A stretch of DNA of 64,000 bases from an uncultured Christensenella sp. (GCA_949290515.1 CASERZ010000003.1:115464-179463), one strand, 5' to 3'. Counted from the first letter of the stretch, positions 54,408-63,585 are shown. Notes: a model not told the origin generated them from the letters alone. A program made the numbers and translations.

Positions 54408-55937
54408 TTATTCCCACTCTACCGTTGCGGGGGGTTTGGAAGTGATGTCATAGACCACTCTTCCTATGCTTCTCACTTCGTTTGTAATTCTGTTGCTGGC
54501 TCTGTCGAGCACTTCGTAAGGAAGTTTCGTCCAGTCAGCCGTCATAAAATCATCCGTCGTAACCGCTCTCAATGCGACCGTGTAGCCGTAAGTTCTCGCG
54601 TCGCCCATTACGCCTACGCTTCTGCTGTCGGTAAGCACGGCAAAATACTGATTGGTAATTTTCTCAAGACCCGCACGCTTGATTTCGTCTCTGAAAATCG
54701 CATCGGCATCGCGAAGTGTATCCAGCTTCTCTTTTGTGATTTCGCCGATAACTCTTATCGCAAGACCGGGACCGGGGAAAGGCTGACGCCATACCAAATC
54801 TGCGGGTATGCCCAGCTCCGTGCCTACGGCTCTCACCTCGTCCTTGAAAAGCATTCTCAAAGGCTCGATAATCTCGTCGAAGTCAATTACGCTGGGAAGT
54901 CCGCCTACGTTGTGATGGCTCTTTATCGTGGACGCGTCTCCCGCTCCGCTCTCGATTACGTCGGGATAAATGGTACCCTGTACGAGATAATTTACCTTGC
55001 CTATCTTCTTGGCTTCTTTTTCGAATACTCTTATGAATTCCTCGCCTATTATCTTGCGCTTCTTCTCAGGCTCGGTTACGCCCTTGAGCTTTGCGAGGAA
55101 CAAGTCTTCGGCGTTTACTCTGACGATTTTCATATTGAATCGCTCTTTGAAAATCCTCTCCACCATATCGCCCTCGTCTTTTCTCAAAAGACCGTGGTCT
55201 ACAAATACGCAAGTCAGATTGTCGCCTATAGCTTTATACAACAAAACAGCCGCTACCGAAGAATCCACGCCGCCGCTCAATGCGCACAGAACCTTCTTTC
55301 CCGCAAGCTGTTTTTTGTAATTCTCAATCGCCTCTTTAGCGAAGTCTGCCATTTGCCAATCTCCTTTGCACTCGCATATGCAAAAGAGAAAATTATGCAA
55401 AATGGTTTTACCGTAAACCGTATGCGTTACCTCGGGATGAAACTGCACGGCGTAAATATCCTTGCCGTTGCTCATCGCCGCGCAAGGACAATGCTCGGTG
55501 GTAGCAGTCACCTCAAATCCCTCGGGCAATACCTTGATATAGTCGGTATGGCTCATCCAGCATTCACTGAAAGAAGGCACACCTTCGAAAAGTGTGTCTT
55601 CCTTAACTTCGAGACGTACCCTGCCGTATTCGCTGATATTGTCGGCTTTGCATACTTCGCCACCCTCGAGATAAGCGATAAGCTGCGCGCCGTAGCAAAT
55701 TCCCAATACGGGAATACCGAGATGCAAAACCTCCTTGCTGCAACGGGGAGATTTTTCGTCGTAAACACTGTTGGGACCGCCTGTAAAAATAATGCCCTTG
55801 TAGCCCTCTTTCTTAATCTCTTCGGGAGTGATTTTGTTGTAGGGCTTAATCTCTGCGTAAACGTTTTGTTCTCTTACTCTGCGGGCAATAAGCTGATTAT
55901 ATTGTCCGCCGAAATCAAGTACCAGTACTTTTTCCAT
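54408..55937 (-). CDS. guaA: GMP synthase (glutamine-hydrolysing)
   Basis: [18 protein letters not shown] (PP-loop) and the C-terminal ...KPPATVEWE. Confidence 0.97.
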   Translation of the reverse strand: MEKVLVLDFGGQYNQLIARRVREQNVYAEIKPYNKITPEEIKKEGYKGIIFTGGPNSVYDEKSPRCSKEVLHLGIPVLGICYGAQLIAYLEGGEVCKADNISEYGRVRLEVKEDTLFEGVPSFSECWMSHTDYIKVLPEGFEVTATTEHCPCAAMSNGKDIYAVQFHPEVTHTVYGKTILHNFLFCICECKGDWQMADFAKEAIENYKKQLAGKKVLCALSGGVDSSVAAVLLYKAIGDNLTCVFVDHGLLRKDEGDMVERIFKERFNMKIVRVNAEDLFLAKLKGVTEPEKKRKIIGEEFIRVFEKEAKKIGKVNYLVQGTIYPDVIESGAGDASTIKSHHNVGGLPSVIDFDEIIEPLRMLFKDEVRAVGTELGIPADLVWRQPFPGPGLAIRVIGEITKEKLDTLRDADAIFRDEIKRAGLEKITNQYFAVLTDSRSVGVMGDARTYGYTVALRAVTTDDFMTADWTKLPYEVLDRASNRITNEVRSIGRVVYDITSKPPATVEWE

Positions 55938-56015
55938 ATTTATCCTCTTTTAAAATTTCAGGCTTTCGCCTTGTTTACGGTTGGGAATCCGCGGGCAGTC
56001 ACTCGCAGCATAAGT

Positions 56016-57593
56016 TTATTTTCCGCTGTCGCCGTAGTTGGACAATACTCTCGCAGAAGGGTCGTTGACGTCGCAGCCTTTCCACGACTTGTTGGGCATC
56101 CAGAAGTCGGCTATCATACGTCCCTGACCGGGGTAATATTTTTCAAACAGTTCTCTGTACAAAAGCGATTCTTTGGTAAAAGGCGTCGCGTGCGTATACT
56201 TTTTGCGTTTCTCTTCGTACTCTTCGTCGGTATACTTGCTCTCGGCATACTCCTTGAGATAGTCTACCATCGAGTGACCTACCGCGTCGGAAAAAGCCGC
56301 TTTTTCGCGGTAGAGTATGTCGTAAGGAAGATAATCGCCTTCGAAAGCTTTACGCAAAAGGTATTTACCCTTGTTGTACTTGTTGAGCTTTTTCTCGGGG
56401 TCCACCGACATAACGTATCTTACGAAATCCAAATCGCCGAAAGGTACTCTTGCCTCCAGAGAGTTGACGGATATACATCTGTCGGCTCTTAAGACGTCGT
56501 ACATATAAAGCTCGCTGATTCTCTTTTCCGCCTCTTGCTGAAAAGCCTCGGCAGAAGGCGCAAAATCCGTATACTTGTAGCCGAAAAGCTCGTCTGAGAT
56601 TTCACCCGTAAGCAACACTCTTATATCGCTAGTCTCGTGTATTGCCTTGCATACTAGATACATACCTATGCTGGCTCTTATCGTTGTTATATCGAAAGTA
56701 CCGAGAATTCTGACGACGGTTTCGAGCGAAGAGAGTACGTCGGATTTGTCTATTATCACCTCGGTATGCTCGCTGCCTATGTAATCGGCTACCTGTTTTG
56801 CATACTTGAGGTCTATAGCGTCCGTACTCATTCCTATCGAAAAGGTACGTATAGGCTTGGCAGATTTTTTAGCGGCAACAGCGCATACGAGTGATGAGTC
56901 CAGTCCTCCGCTTAGCAAGAACCCTACCTTGGCGTCTGCAACCAGTCTTTTCTCTATACCCGCAGTAAGTTTTTCGCGGATGTTGTCACAAATTTTTTCT
57001 ATACTATCATAGCACTTTTTGTCGGGTTTGGCAACATTTGTGTACCTAATAAATTGTCCGTCGCAATAAAAATGTGAAGGAGGAAAAGGAATAATTTCTT
57101 TTACAAGCCCTACTAAGTTGATTGCTTCGCTGGCAAAGACTATAACGCCCTTGTCGTCGTAACCGTAAAACAGCGGTCTTATACCGATAGGGTCGCGCGC
57201 CGCTACGTAACCGCCCTTTTTAGCGTCATAGATGATGCACGCAAACTCGGCATCGAGCATAGCAAACATATCCGTGCCGTATTTCTCGTACATAGGCAAG
57301 ATGATTTCGCAGTCGCTGCCGCTCTTAAACTCGTATTCGCTCGACAGTTCGCTCTTTACTTTTTCGTAGCCGTAAAGCTCGCCGTTGCATACGCAGTAAT
57401 TACCGTTGAGTTCGAAAGGTTGCATACCCTCGGGGGAAAGACCCATTATCGCAAGTCTGTGAAAACCGAGAAGTCCCTTGCCCGTATCCGCTATTCGCGT
57501 ATCGTCGGGGCCTCTCGATATGGTGCGGTCAAAACACTCTTTGAACAATTCTTTGTCTGCGCCCTCTGCGCAGTAACCCATAATCGAACACAT
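56016..57593 (-). CDS. asnB: asparagine synthase (glutamine-hydrolysing)
   Basis: MC... N-terminal nucleophile Cys2, LSGGLDSS PP-loop, and AsnB-type length. Confidence 0.9.
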   Translation of the reverse strand: MCSIMGYCAEGADKELFKECFDRTISRGPDDTRIADTGKGLLGFHRLAIMGLSPEGMQPFELNGNYCVCNGELYGYEKVKSELSSEYEFKSGSDCEIILPMYEKYGTDMFAMLDAEFACIIYDAKKGGYVAARDPIGIRPLFYGYDDKGVIVFASEAINLVGLVKEIIPFPPSHFYCDGQFIRYTNVAKPDKKCYDSIEKICDNIREKLTAGIEKRLVADAKVGFLLSGGLDSSLVCAVAAKKSAKPIRTFSIGMSTDAIDLKYAKQVADYIGSEHTEVIIDKSDVLSSLETVVRILGTFDITTIRASIGMYLVCKAIHETSDIRVLLTGEISDELFGYKYTDFAPSAEAFQQEAEKRISELYMYDVLRADRCISVNSLEARVPFGDLDFVRYVMSVDPEKKLNKYNKGKYLLRKAFEGDYLPYDILYREKAAFSDAVGHSMVDYLKEYAESKYTDEEYEEKRKKYTHATPFTKESLLYRELFEKYYPGQGRMIADFWMPNKSWKGCDVNDPSARVLSNYGDSGK

Positions 57594-57724
57594 AGTCTCT
57601 ACTCTCTTTAATTTATTTGTTCACCGCTTACCGCGGAAGAATATCATATTGAATAAGCGTTTCTTTACGCGCTTACCTGCATCTCTACGCGCTTTTCTTA
57701 AGAAAATACTGTATGTAAAAAGGT

Positions 57725-57766
57725 AAAAAAATAAGGTGCCTCTGAGTGAATTCTCAAAGACACCTT
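57725..57766 (-). terminator. intrinsic terminator immediately downstream of the asnB-side promoter (leader attenuator or short RNA)
   Basis: Minus strand aaggtgtctttgag-aattc-actcagaggcacctt (14-15 bp including G-U pairs) followed by attttttt. It starts about 10 nt after the predicted TSS and ends about 130 nt before the asnB ATG. Confidence 0.65.
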
Positions 57767-57783
57767 TGCCTTTTGTTAGTTGA

Positions 57784-57812
57784 ATTATACTCGCATCGGT
57801 ATATCTTGTCAA
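57784..57812 (-). promoter_or_regulatory. consensus sigma-A promoter facing asnB
   Basis: Minus strand TTGACA (57807-57812), 17 nt spacer, TATAAT (57784-57789). Confidence 0.7.
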
Positions 57813-57963
57813 CGGTTTTTGAATATTTTTTTGCATTCTACAAATAATTCAAATACTTTTTCAAGCTTTACTTACGCTATATATACTTTATTTCATATTA
57901 TTCATCATACGCTTAAATGGAGACAGAAAAATTTTCCTTTTCGAAAAAATATACTCGAGTTTG

Positions 57964-57992
57964 TTGACAGCCCAAATCTCTTATGCTAAAAT
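57964..57992 (+). promoter_or_regulatory. consensus sigma-A promoter facing the glutamate synthase operon
   Basis: TTGACA (57964-57969), 17 nt spacer, TGcTAAAAT (57987-57992). Confidence 0.7.
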
Positions 57993-58005
57993 TTCCGTAA
58001 TGAGC

Positions 58006-58057
58006 AAAGGCGTTCATTCAGAGGACATCGTGTCCTTTTGAATGAGCGCCTTTTTTT
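58006..58057 (+). terminator. intrinsic terminator immediately downstream of the promoter (leader attenuator or short RNA)
   Basis: aaaggcgttcattcagaggaca-tcg-tgtccttttgaatgagcgccttt, about 22 bp with a few mismatches or G-U pairs, then ttttttt. It lies 100 nt upstream of the ATG at 58157. Confidence 0.7.
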
Positions 58058-58156
58058 ATACCTGAAAATATCGTCAACCTTTTACGCGGAAACAGGCATA
58101 TCGCACCCGCTCCGCATACAAATAAAAATCAGTAAATTAAGAGTAAGGAATTTATT

Positions 58157-59248
58157 ATGCAGTTAGAAGGTCAAATCAGAATACCCTCGGGTTGCGCAAT
58201 CGCGGCGGTAATATCAAAAGAGGGCAAAAAAATGAGCGGCAAAAGCATCGTCGACAGTATGGTGCCTATGCACGAGAGAAGCAACGGCCTCGGCGGCGGC
58301 TTTGCCGGCTACGGAATCTATCCCGAGTACAAGGACTTTTATGCTTTCCACTTTTTCTTCGACAACAGAAGCGTACAAAAAGATACCGAACAGTATCTCA
58401 AAGAAAGCTATGAGATAGTCAAGTCGCAGCCTATTCCCGTACGCAAAATCCCCGCTATCGTAGACGAGCCTATTGTTTATCGCTATTTTCTCGCTCCTCT
58501 CAAGTCGTCCGTTGCAAACGCTCAACTCGACGAAAGAGAATTCGTGGCGCGCACAGTAATGCATATCAATATAAATATCAAGGGCGCGTACGTAGTTTCC
58601 AGCGGAAAAAATATGGGCGTATTCAAAGCCGTCGGCTTCCCCGAAGACGTAGGTAAATTCTACCGTCTCGACGAATACGAGGGCTACTCGTGGACGGCTC
58701 ACGGCCGCTATCCCACTAATACCCCCGGCTGGTGGGGCGGCGCGCATCCCTTTGCGCTTCTCGACTACACTATCGTTCACAACGGCGAAATATCTTCCTA
58801 CGACGCCAACAGAAGATTTATAGAAATGTACGGATACAAATGCACCCTTCAGACGGATACGGAAGTTATTACGTATATATCCGATTACCTGTTGAGAAAA
58901 CAGGGCTTGACGCTCGACGAACTCGCTTCCGTAATCGCCGCGCCTTTCTGGTCGACTATCGCAAAGAAGTCCCCCGAAGAAAGAGCAAAACTCACATATC
59001 TGCGCACGGTTTACTCCGGCCTTCTCGTAACGGGTCCTTTCTCCATCGTACTAGGCTTCGAAGGCGGACTTATGGCTCTCAACGACAGACTTAAGTTACG
59101 CTCGATGGTCGTTGCGGAAAAAGACGACAAGGTTTATGTAGCAAGCGAGGAAGCCTCTATAAGGGTTATGTGTCCCGACGTAAAAGACGTCTACGCTCCC
59201 GAGGGCGGCGAACCCGTAATAGTAAAAGTTGAGGAGGGCAAGTACTGA
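58157..59248 (+). CDS. glutamate synthase, class II glutamine amidotransferase domain protein (split, archaeal-type subunit)
   Basis: PSGCAIAAV (nucleophile Cys after a short propeptide), HGRYPTNTPGWWGGAHPF and VHNGEISSY. Confidence 0.8.
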   Translation: MQLEGQIRIPSGCAIAAVISKEGKKMSGKSIVDSMVPMHERSNGLGGGFAGYGIYPEYKDFYAFHFFFDNRSVQKDTEQYLKESYEIVKSQPIPVRKIPAIVDEPIVYRYFLAPLKSSVANAQLDEREFVARTVMHININIKGAYVVSSGKNMGVFKAVGFPEDVGKFYRLDEYEGYSWTAHGRYPTNTPGWWGGAHPFALLDYTIVHNGEISSYDANRRFIEMYGYKCTLQTDTEVITYISDYLLRKQGLTLDELASVIAAPFWSTIAKKSPEERAKLTYLRTVYSGLLVTGPFSIVLGFEGGLMALNDRLKLRSMVVAEKDDKVYVASEEASIRVMCPDVKDVYAPEGGEPVIVKVEEGKY

Positions 59249-60753
59249 TGCAAGCAGAATTTATATATCCCGAATACGAAGTAGTGCGCAACGACGCCCG
59301 CTGTACGCGTTGCCGTATATGCGAAACACAATGCGCTCACGGCGTACACTTTTACTCCGACAAAAACAAAATTATGCTGAGCGACGATACAAAGTGCGTC
59401 AACTGCCAGCGTTGCGTTTCGGTATGTCCTACGCGCGCCATCAAAATCGTCAAAAGCGACTGCGCTCTCAAAGAAAACGCCAACTGGCAAAACGATACCG
59501 TACGCGAAATCTATAAGCAGGCTCAAAGCGGCGGCGTATTGCTCTCCTCTATGGGCAATCCCAAGCCTCTTCCCACCTACTTCGATAAAATACTCATCAA
59601 TGCGTCACAGGTTACCAATCCCCCTATCGACCCTTTGAGAGAGCCTATGGAAACGCGCGTTTTCTTAGGCAAAAAACCCTCGTCCGTAAAAAGAGACAAG
59701 GACGGTAAACTCCTATGCGATATACCACCTCAACTCGAACTTTCGCTGCCCGTAATGTTTTCGGCAATGAGTTACGGCTCGATAAGCTACAACGCTCACG
59801 AAAGCCTGGCAAAAGCAGCTACCGCTCTCGGCACGTATTACAACACGGGAGAAGGCGGCCTGCACGAAAACTTCTACCCTTTCAGCGCGAATACTATAGT
59901 ACAAGTAGCTTCGGGAAGATTCGGCGTACACGAAAAATATCTTCAGACGGGCGCGGCAATCGAAATCAAAATGGGTCAGGGCGCAAAGCCCGGTATAGGC
60001 GGACATTTGCCCGGCTCCAAAATCGTTGGGGACGTAGCGCGCACCAGAATGGTACCCGAAGGCTCTGACGCAATCTCCCCCGCTCCTCATCACGATATTT
60101 ACTCAATCGAAGATTTGCGACAGCTCGTATACTCGCTCAAAGAAGCTACCGAATATAAAAAGCCCGTAATCGTAAAAGTTGCCGCCGTACACAATATCGC
60201 GGCAATAGCCAGCGGTATCGCGAGAAGCGGTGCAGACATTATAGCGATAGACGGATTCAGAGGCGGTACGGGAGCGGCACCTACACGTATTCGCGACAAC
60301 GTAGGTATTCCCGTCGAACTCGCTCTTGCCGCCGTCGACCAAAGACTTCGCGACGAAGGCATCAGAAACGACGTGTCGATTATAGCGGGCGGAAGCATAA
60401 GAAGCGCAGCCGACGTAGTCAAAGCAGTGGCACTAGGCGCAGACGCGTGCTATATCGCTACAGCCGCACTCATAGCTATGGGCTGTCATCTTTGCCGCAA
60501 CTGTCAAAGCGGTAAATGCAACTGGGGTATAGCTACTCAGCGTCCCGAACTCGTCAGCCGTCTTGACCCCGAATGGGGAGCAAAACGTCTTGTCAATCTC
60601 CTGTCTGCCTGGAAACACGAGATAATGGAGATTATGGGAGGTATGGGCATCAACTCCATAGAAGCTCTCAAAGGCAACCGCCTTATGCTCAGGGGCATAG
60701 GCCTCAATCAAAAAGAACTGGATATTCTCGGCATACTCCACGCGGGAGAATAA
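59248..60753 (+). CDS. glutamate synthase FMN/Fe-S domain protein with N-terminal 2x[4Fe-4S] ferredoxin motifs
   Basis: CTRCRICETQCAHG and CVNCQRCVSVCP. Also GEGG, KMGQGAKPGIGGHLPG, SPAPHHDIYSIEDL, DGFRGGTGAAP and the CHLCRNCQSGKC cluster. Confidence 0.88.
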   Translation: MQAEFIYPEYEVVRNDARCTRCRICETQCAHGVHFYSDKNKIMLSDDTKCVNCQRCVSVCPTRAIKIVKSDCALKENANWQNDTVREIYKQAQSGGVLLSSMGNPKPLPTYFDKILINASQVTNPPIDPLREPMETRVFLGKKPSSVKRDKDGKLLCDIPPQLELSLPVMFSAMSYGSISYNAHESLAKAATALGTYYNTGEGGLHENFYPFSANTIVQVASGRFGVHEKYLQTGAAIEIKMGQGAKPGIGGHLPGSKIVGDVARTRMVPEGSDAISPAPHHDIYSIEDLRQLVYSLKEATEYKKPVIVKVAAVHNIAAIASGIARSGADIIAIDGFRGGTGAAPTRIRDNVGIPVELALAAVDQRLRDEGIRNDVSIIAGGSIRSAADVVKAVALGADACYIATAALIAMGCHLCRNCQSGKCNWGIATQRPELVSRLDPEWGAKRLVNLLSAWKHEIMEIMGGMGINSIEALKGNRLMLRGIGLNQKELDILGILHAGE

Positions 60754-60779
60754 CTTTTGCACATTCAATAGGTGATAAT

Positions 60780-61499
60780 ATGATTATAGACGCAAGACAA
60801 TATACCAACGAAGATTTGAACAATACCGTCAGGCAATGCGCCTCTCAGGTACAGATAGACAACTGTCTGGGACAGAGATTTATAGGAGCGGGTCTGAGCG
60901 GCAAAAAAATAACCGTCAACGGCACTCCCGGCAACGCTCTTGGAGCATACCTCAACGGCGCGGACATCGTAGTCAACGGCAATGCGCAGGACGCAGTAGG
61001 AGATACGATGAACGAAGGCTGTATATTCATACACGGCAATACGGGCGACGCCGCGGGCTACGCTATGCGCGGCGGCAAAATTTACGTCGAAGGCAACGCG
61101 GGCTACCGCGCGGGCATTCATATGAAAGCCTATAAGCAAAAGCTGCCCGTAATGATTATCGGCGGAAGATGCGGAAGTTTTCTCGGAGAATACCTCGCGG
61201 GCGGTATAATCGTCGTGTTGGGTATGAATACCGACGGCAAAAAAATCGTGGGCAACTTCCCTTGCACGGGTATGCACGGCGGAAAGGTCTACTTGCGTAC
61301 TACGGACAATTCAATAGACTTCCCTTCGCAAGTCAATACGCATAAAGCGACAAAAGAAGATATGCAGGAGATAATTCCTTATCTGGAAGAATTCTGTAAG
61401 GTATTCGGCAAAAATCCTGACGAACTGCTCAAAGAAGGTTTTACGGTAGTTTCTCCCAACACTGCCAATCCCTACAAGCAGATGTACGTCACCAACTGA
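60780..61499 (+). CDS. glutamate synthase GXGXG-domain protein (alpha-subunit C-terminal domain)
   Basis: Repeated GxGxG beta-helix pattern: VNGTPGNALGAYLNGADIVVNGNAQDAVGDTMNEGCIFIHGNTGDAAGYAMRGGKIYVEGNAGYRAG. ATG at 60780 after AGGTGA. Confidence 0.85.
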   Translation: MIIDARQYTNEDLNNTVRQCASQVQIDNCLGQRFIGAGLSGKKITVNGTPGNALGAYLNGADIVVNGNAQDAVGDTMNEGCIFIHGNTGDAAGYAMRGGKIYVEGNAGYRAGIHMKAYKQKLPVMIIGGRCGSFLGEYLAGGIIVVLGMNTDGKKIVGNFPCTGMHGGKVYLRTTDNSIDFPSQVNTHKATKEDMQEIIPYLEEFCKVFGKNPDELLKEGFTVVSPNTANPYKQMYVTN

Positions 61500-61685
61500 C
61501 GCCATTGCCGTGATACAGGGCTTAACGGCAAAAATTTGCTCTGCCAGAAAGTCTTTTGTTTTTCAAAATCATTGATTAATTATCCGAAATTATATATAAT
61601 ACTGATAAGAAATATTTTTATCGGTATCTCTAAAATATATCTTTTTTACGGTCGCTATTACTTCCGTAAAGCGTAAGGAGACATT

Positions 61686-62894
61686 ATGAAATATTCTAAG
61701 GAAGAAGTATTGCAATACGTTGCCGAGGAAGACGTCAAATTTATACGTCTTGCCTTTTGCGACGTCTACGGCGTGCAGAAAAACATATCGGTTATGCCCC
61801 ACGAATTAAAACGCGCTTTCGAGTACGGCATAGCCATTGACGCTTCTGCCATAGAGGGCTTCGAAGACGAGGTCCACTCCGATTTGTTTTTACACCCCGA
61901 CCCGTCCACGCTTACGGTTTTGCCCTGGCGTCCCGAGCACGGAAGAGTAGTGAGAATGTTTTGCAATATCTCCTACCCTGACGGTACGCCTTATACCAAC
62001 GATACGAGAAGCCTTCTCGTCAAAGCCGTAGAGGAAGCAAAAAGTCTCGGCTATACCTTTTACTTCGGCGCGGAAATGGAATTTTACCTTTTCCGCCTGA
62101 ACGAATACGGAAAGCCCACCAAGGAGCCTTACGACAACGCAAAATATATGGATATCGCACCCGACGACAAAGGCGAAAACGTAAGACGCGAAATCTGTCT
62201 TACGCTCGAGCAGATGGGCATAAGTCCCGAAAGCTCGCACCACGAAGAAGGTCCCGGGCAAAACGAAATCGACTTCCGTTATTCCGACGCGCTTTCCGCG
62301 GCTGACAATGCCGTAACGTTCAAATCGGTAGTCAAGACGGTAGCCGCTCGCAACGGACTTTATGCCGACTTCTCCCCCAAACCTCTCGAGAACTGCGCGG
62401 GCAACGGACTGCATATCAATATGTCGGTACGCGACAAAAGCGGAAAGGAACTTATCGACGCGCTTATACCCGCACTTTTGGAAAAGACGGGAGAAATCAC
62501 GCTTTTCCTCAATCCCGTAGCCGACTCTTACAAACGTCTGGGAAACAACAAAGCTCCCGCATATATCTCGTGGTCGGCGCAAAACCGCTCGCAGCTTATA
62601 CGAATTCCCGCCGCTATAGGAGAATACAAAAGGCTTGAGTTGCGTTCTCCCGACCCCGAGGCAAATCCTTATCTGGCTTTTACTTTGCTTATCTATGCGG
62701 GACTGTACGGCTTGACGAAAAAGCTTCCCCTGCCCCCTCCCGCAGACGTAAACTTCTTTACCCTCGACAAGGCGGCACTTGCTGAATTCAAAAGGCTTCC
62801 CTCGACTTTGGAAGAAGCTAAAGTACAGGCAAAGGCAAGCGCGTTTGTGCAGGAACATCTGCCCGAATCGCTCATTAACGCTTATTGCAGATAG
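61686..62894 (+). CDS. glnA: glutamine synthetase (type I-like, short C-terminus)
   Basis: VKFIRLAFCDVYG, EMEFYLF, SHHEEGPGQNEIDF, KPLENCAGNGLHINMS, NSYKRL and NRSQLIRIP. Confidence 0.9.
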   Translation: MKYSKEEVLQYVAEEDVKFIRLAFCDVYGVQKNISVMPHELKRAFEYGIAIDASAIEGFEDEVHSDLFLHPDPSTLTVLPWRPEHGRVVRMFCNISYPDGTPYTNDTRSLLVKAVEEAKSLGYTFYFGAEMEFYLFRLNEYGKPTKEPYDNAKYMDIAPDDKGENVRREICLTLEQMGISPESSHHEEGPGQNEIDFRYSDALSAADNAVTFKSVVKTVAARNGLYADFSPKPLENCAGNGLHINMSVRDKSGKELIDALIPALLEKTGEITLFLNPVADSYKRLGNNKAPAYISWSAQNRSQLIRIPAAIGEYKRLELRSPDPEANPYLAFTLLIYAGLYGLTKKLPLPPPADVNFFTLDKAALAEFKRLPSTLEEAKVQAKASAFVQEHLPESLINAYCR

Positions 62895-62924
62895 TATAAA
62901 CTGACAATAAATCACGGAGAAAAT

Positions 62925-63509
62925 ATGGCTTTAGAAGAGCGGGTTTACAGCGTTCTGATAGTATCTCAGTCGGAGAAGTTCAAAACTTCTCTGACCCCTC
63001 TTTTGCCAAAAACAAATTTCTCTCCCGTAACATTCGCGCCAAGCTTTTCTTCTGCAAAGAAAATGCTTTTGGAAAGACACTACGATTTGCTTATTATCAA
63101 CACACCTCTTCTCGACGACTTCGGCACCAAGCTTGCAATAGACGCCAGCAACGAAAAAGGAGTGGCAACACTGCTTCTCGTCAAACAGGACTTGTATGAC
63201 GAGACGTATTCCAAGGTTTGCCGTTTCGGAGTTTTCACTCTTGCAAAGCCGACCTCGCCTCAAAATTTCAGAATGGCAATAGACTGGCTGTGCGCGCTCA
63301 GAGAAAAGCTGAGGAAGTTTGAAAAGACCATCTCTTCGGTCGAAGATAAAATGCAGGAGATACGTCTTGTCAACAGAGCTAAATGGATACTTATCGACAC
63401 TCTGAAAATGAGCGAAGAAGACGCGCACTACTATATAGAAAAACAAGCTATGGACAAATGCTTATCAAAAACGGATATTGCAAAAAATATTATAAATTCA
63501 TATAAATAA
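62925..63509 (+). CDS. ANTAR-domain RNA-binding antiterminator with an atypical (pseudo-)receiver domain
   Basis: C-terminal ANTAR: EIRLVNRAKWILIDTLKMSEEDAHYYIEKQAMDKCLSKTDIAKNII. In the N-terminal receiver-like fold, the usual phospho-acceptor position reads DLLIIN (Asn, not Asp). Confidence 0.8.
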   Translation: MALEERVYSVLIVSQSEKFKTSLTPLLPKTNFSPVTFAPSFSSAKKMLLERHYDLLIINTPLLDDFGTKLAIDASNEKGVATLLLVKQDLYDETYSKVCRFGVFTLAKPTSPQNFRMAIDWLCALREKLRKFEKTISSVEDKMQEIRLVNRAKWILIDTLKMSEEDAHYYIEKQAMDKCLSKTDIAKNIINSYK

Positions 63510-63535
63510 ATCTTTTATAATCTCTAATAAAACTC

Positions 63536-63568
63536 AAAACCCGCTTTTTAGCGGGTTTATTTTTTTTA
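63536..63568. terminator. bidirectional terminator
   Basis: aaacccgc-ttttta-gcgggttt followed by a long T-run. Confidence 0.8.
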
Positions 63569-63585
63569 GCACGCTTCAATTATCT

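Noticed and set aside
51818-56492. 812-aa (51818-54256) and 731-aa (54297-56492) plus-strand ORFs
   Set aside because: They run antisense across carA/purF and guaA/asnB, including the intergenic terminators. Their composition is non-protein-like and the opposite strand carries four textbook enzymes. They are striking in length but spurious.
57594-58156. asnB and glt leaders as a T-box or a known metabolite riboswitch
   Set aside because: The promoter-proximal structured parts are only about 50-60 nt. They lack a specifier loop, a T-box sequence or any conserved riboswitch core I can recall, so they are reported instead as attenuator or short-RNA candidates.
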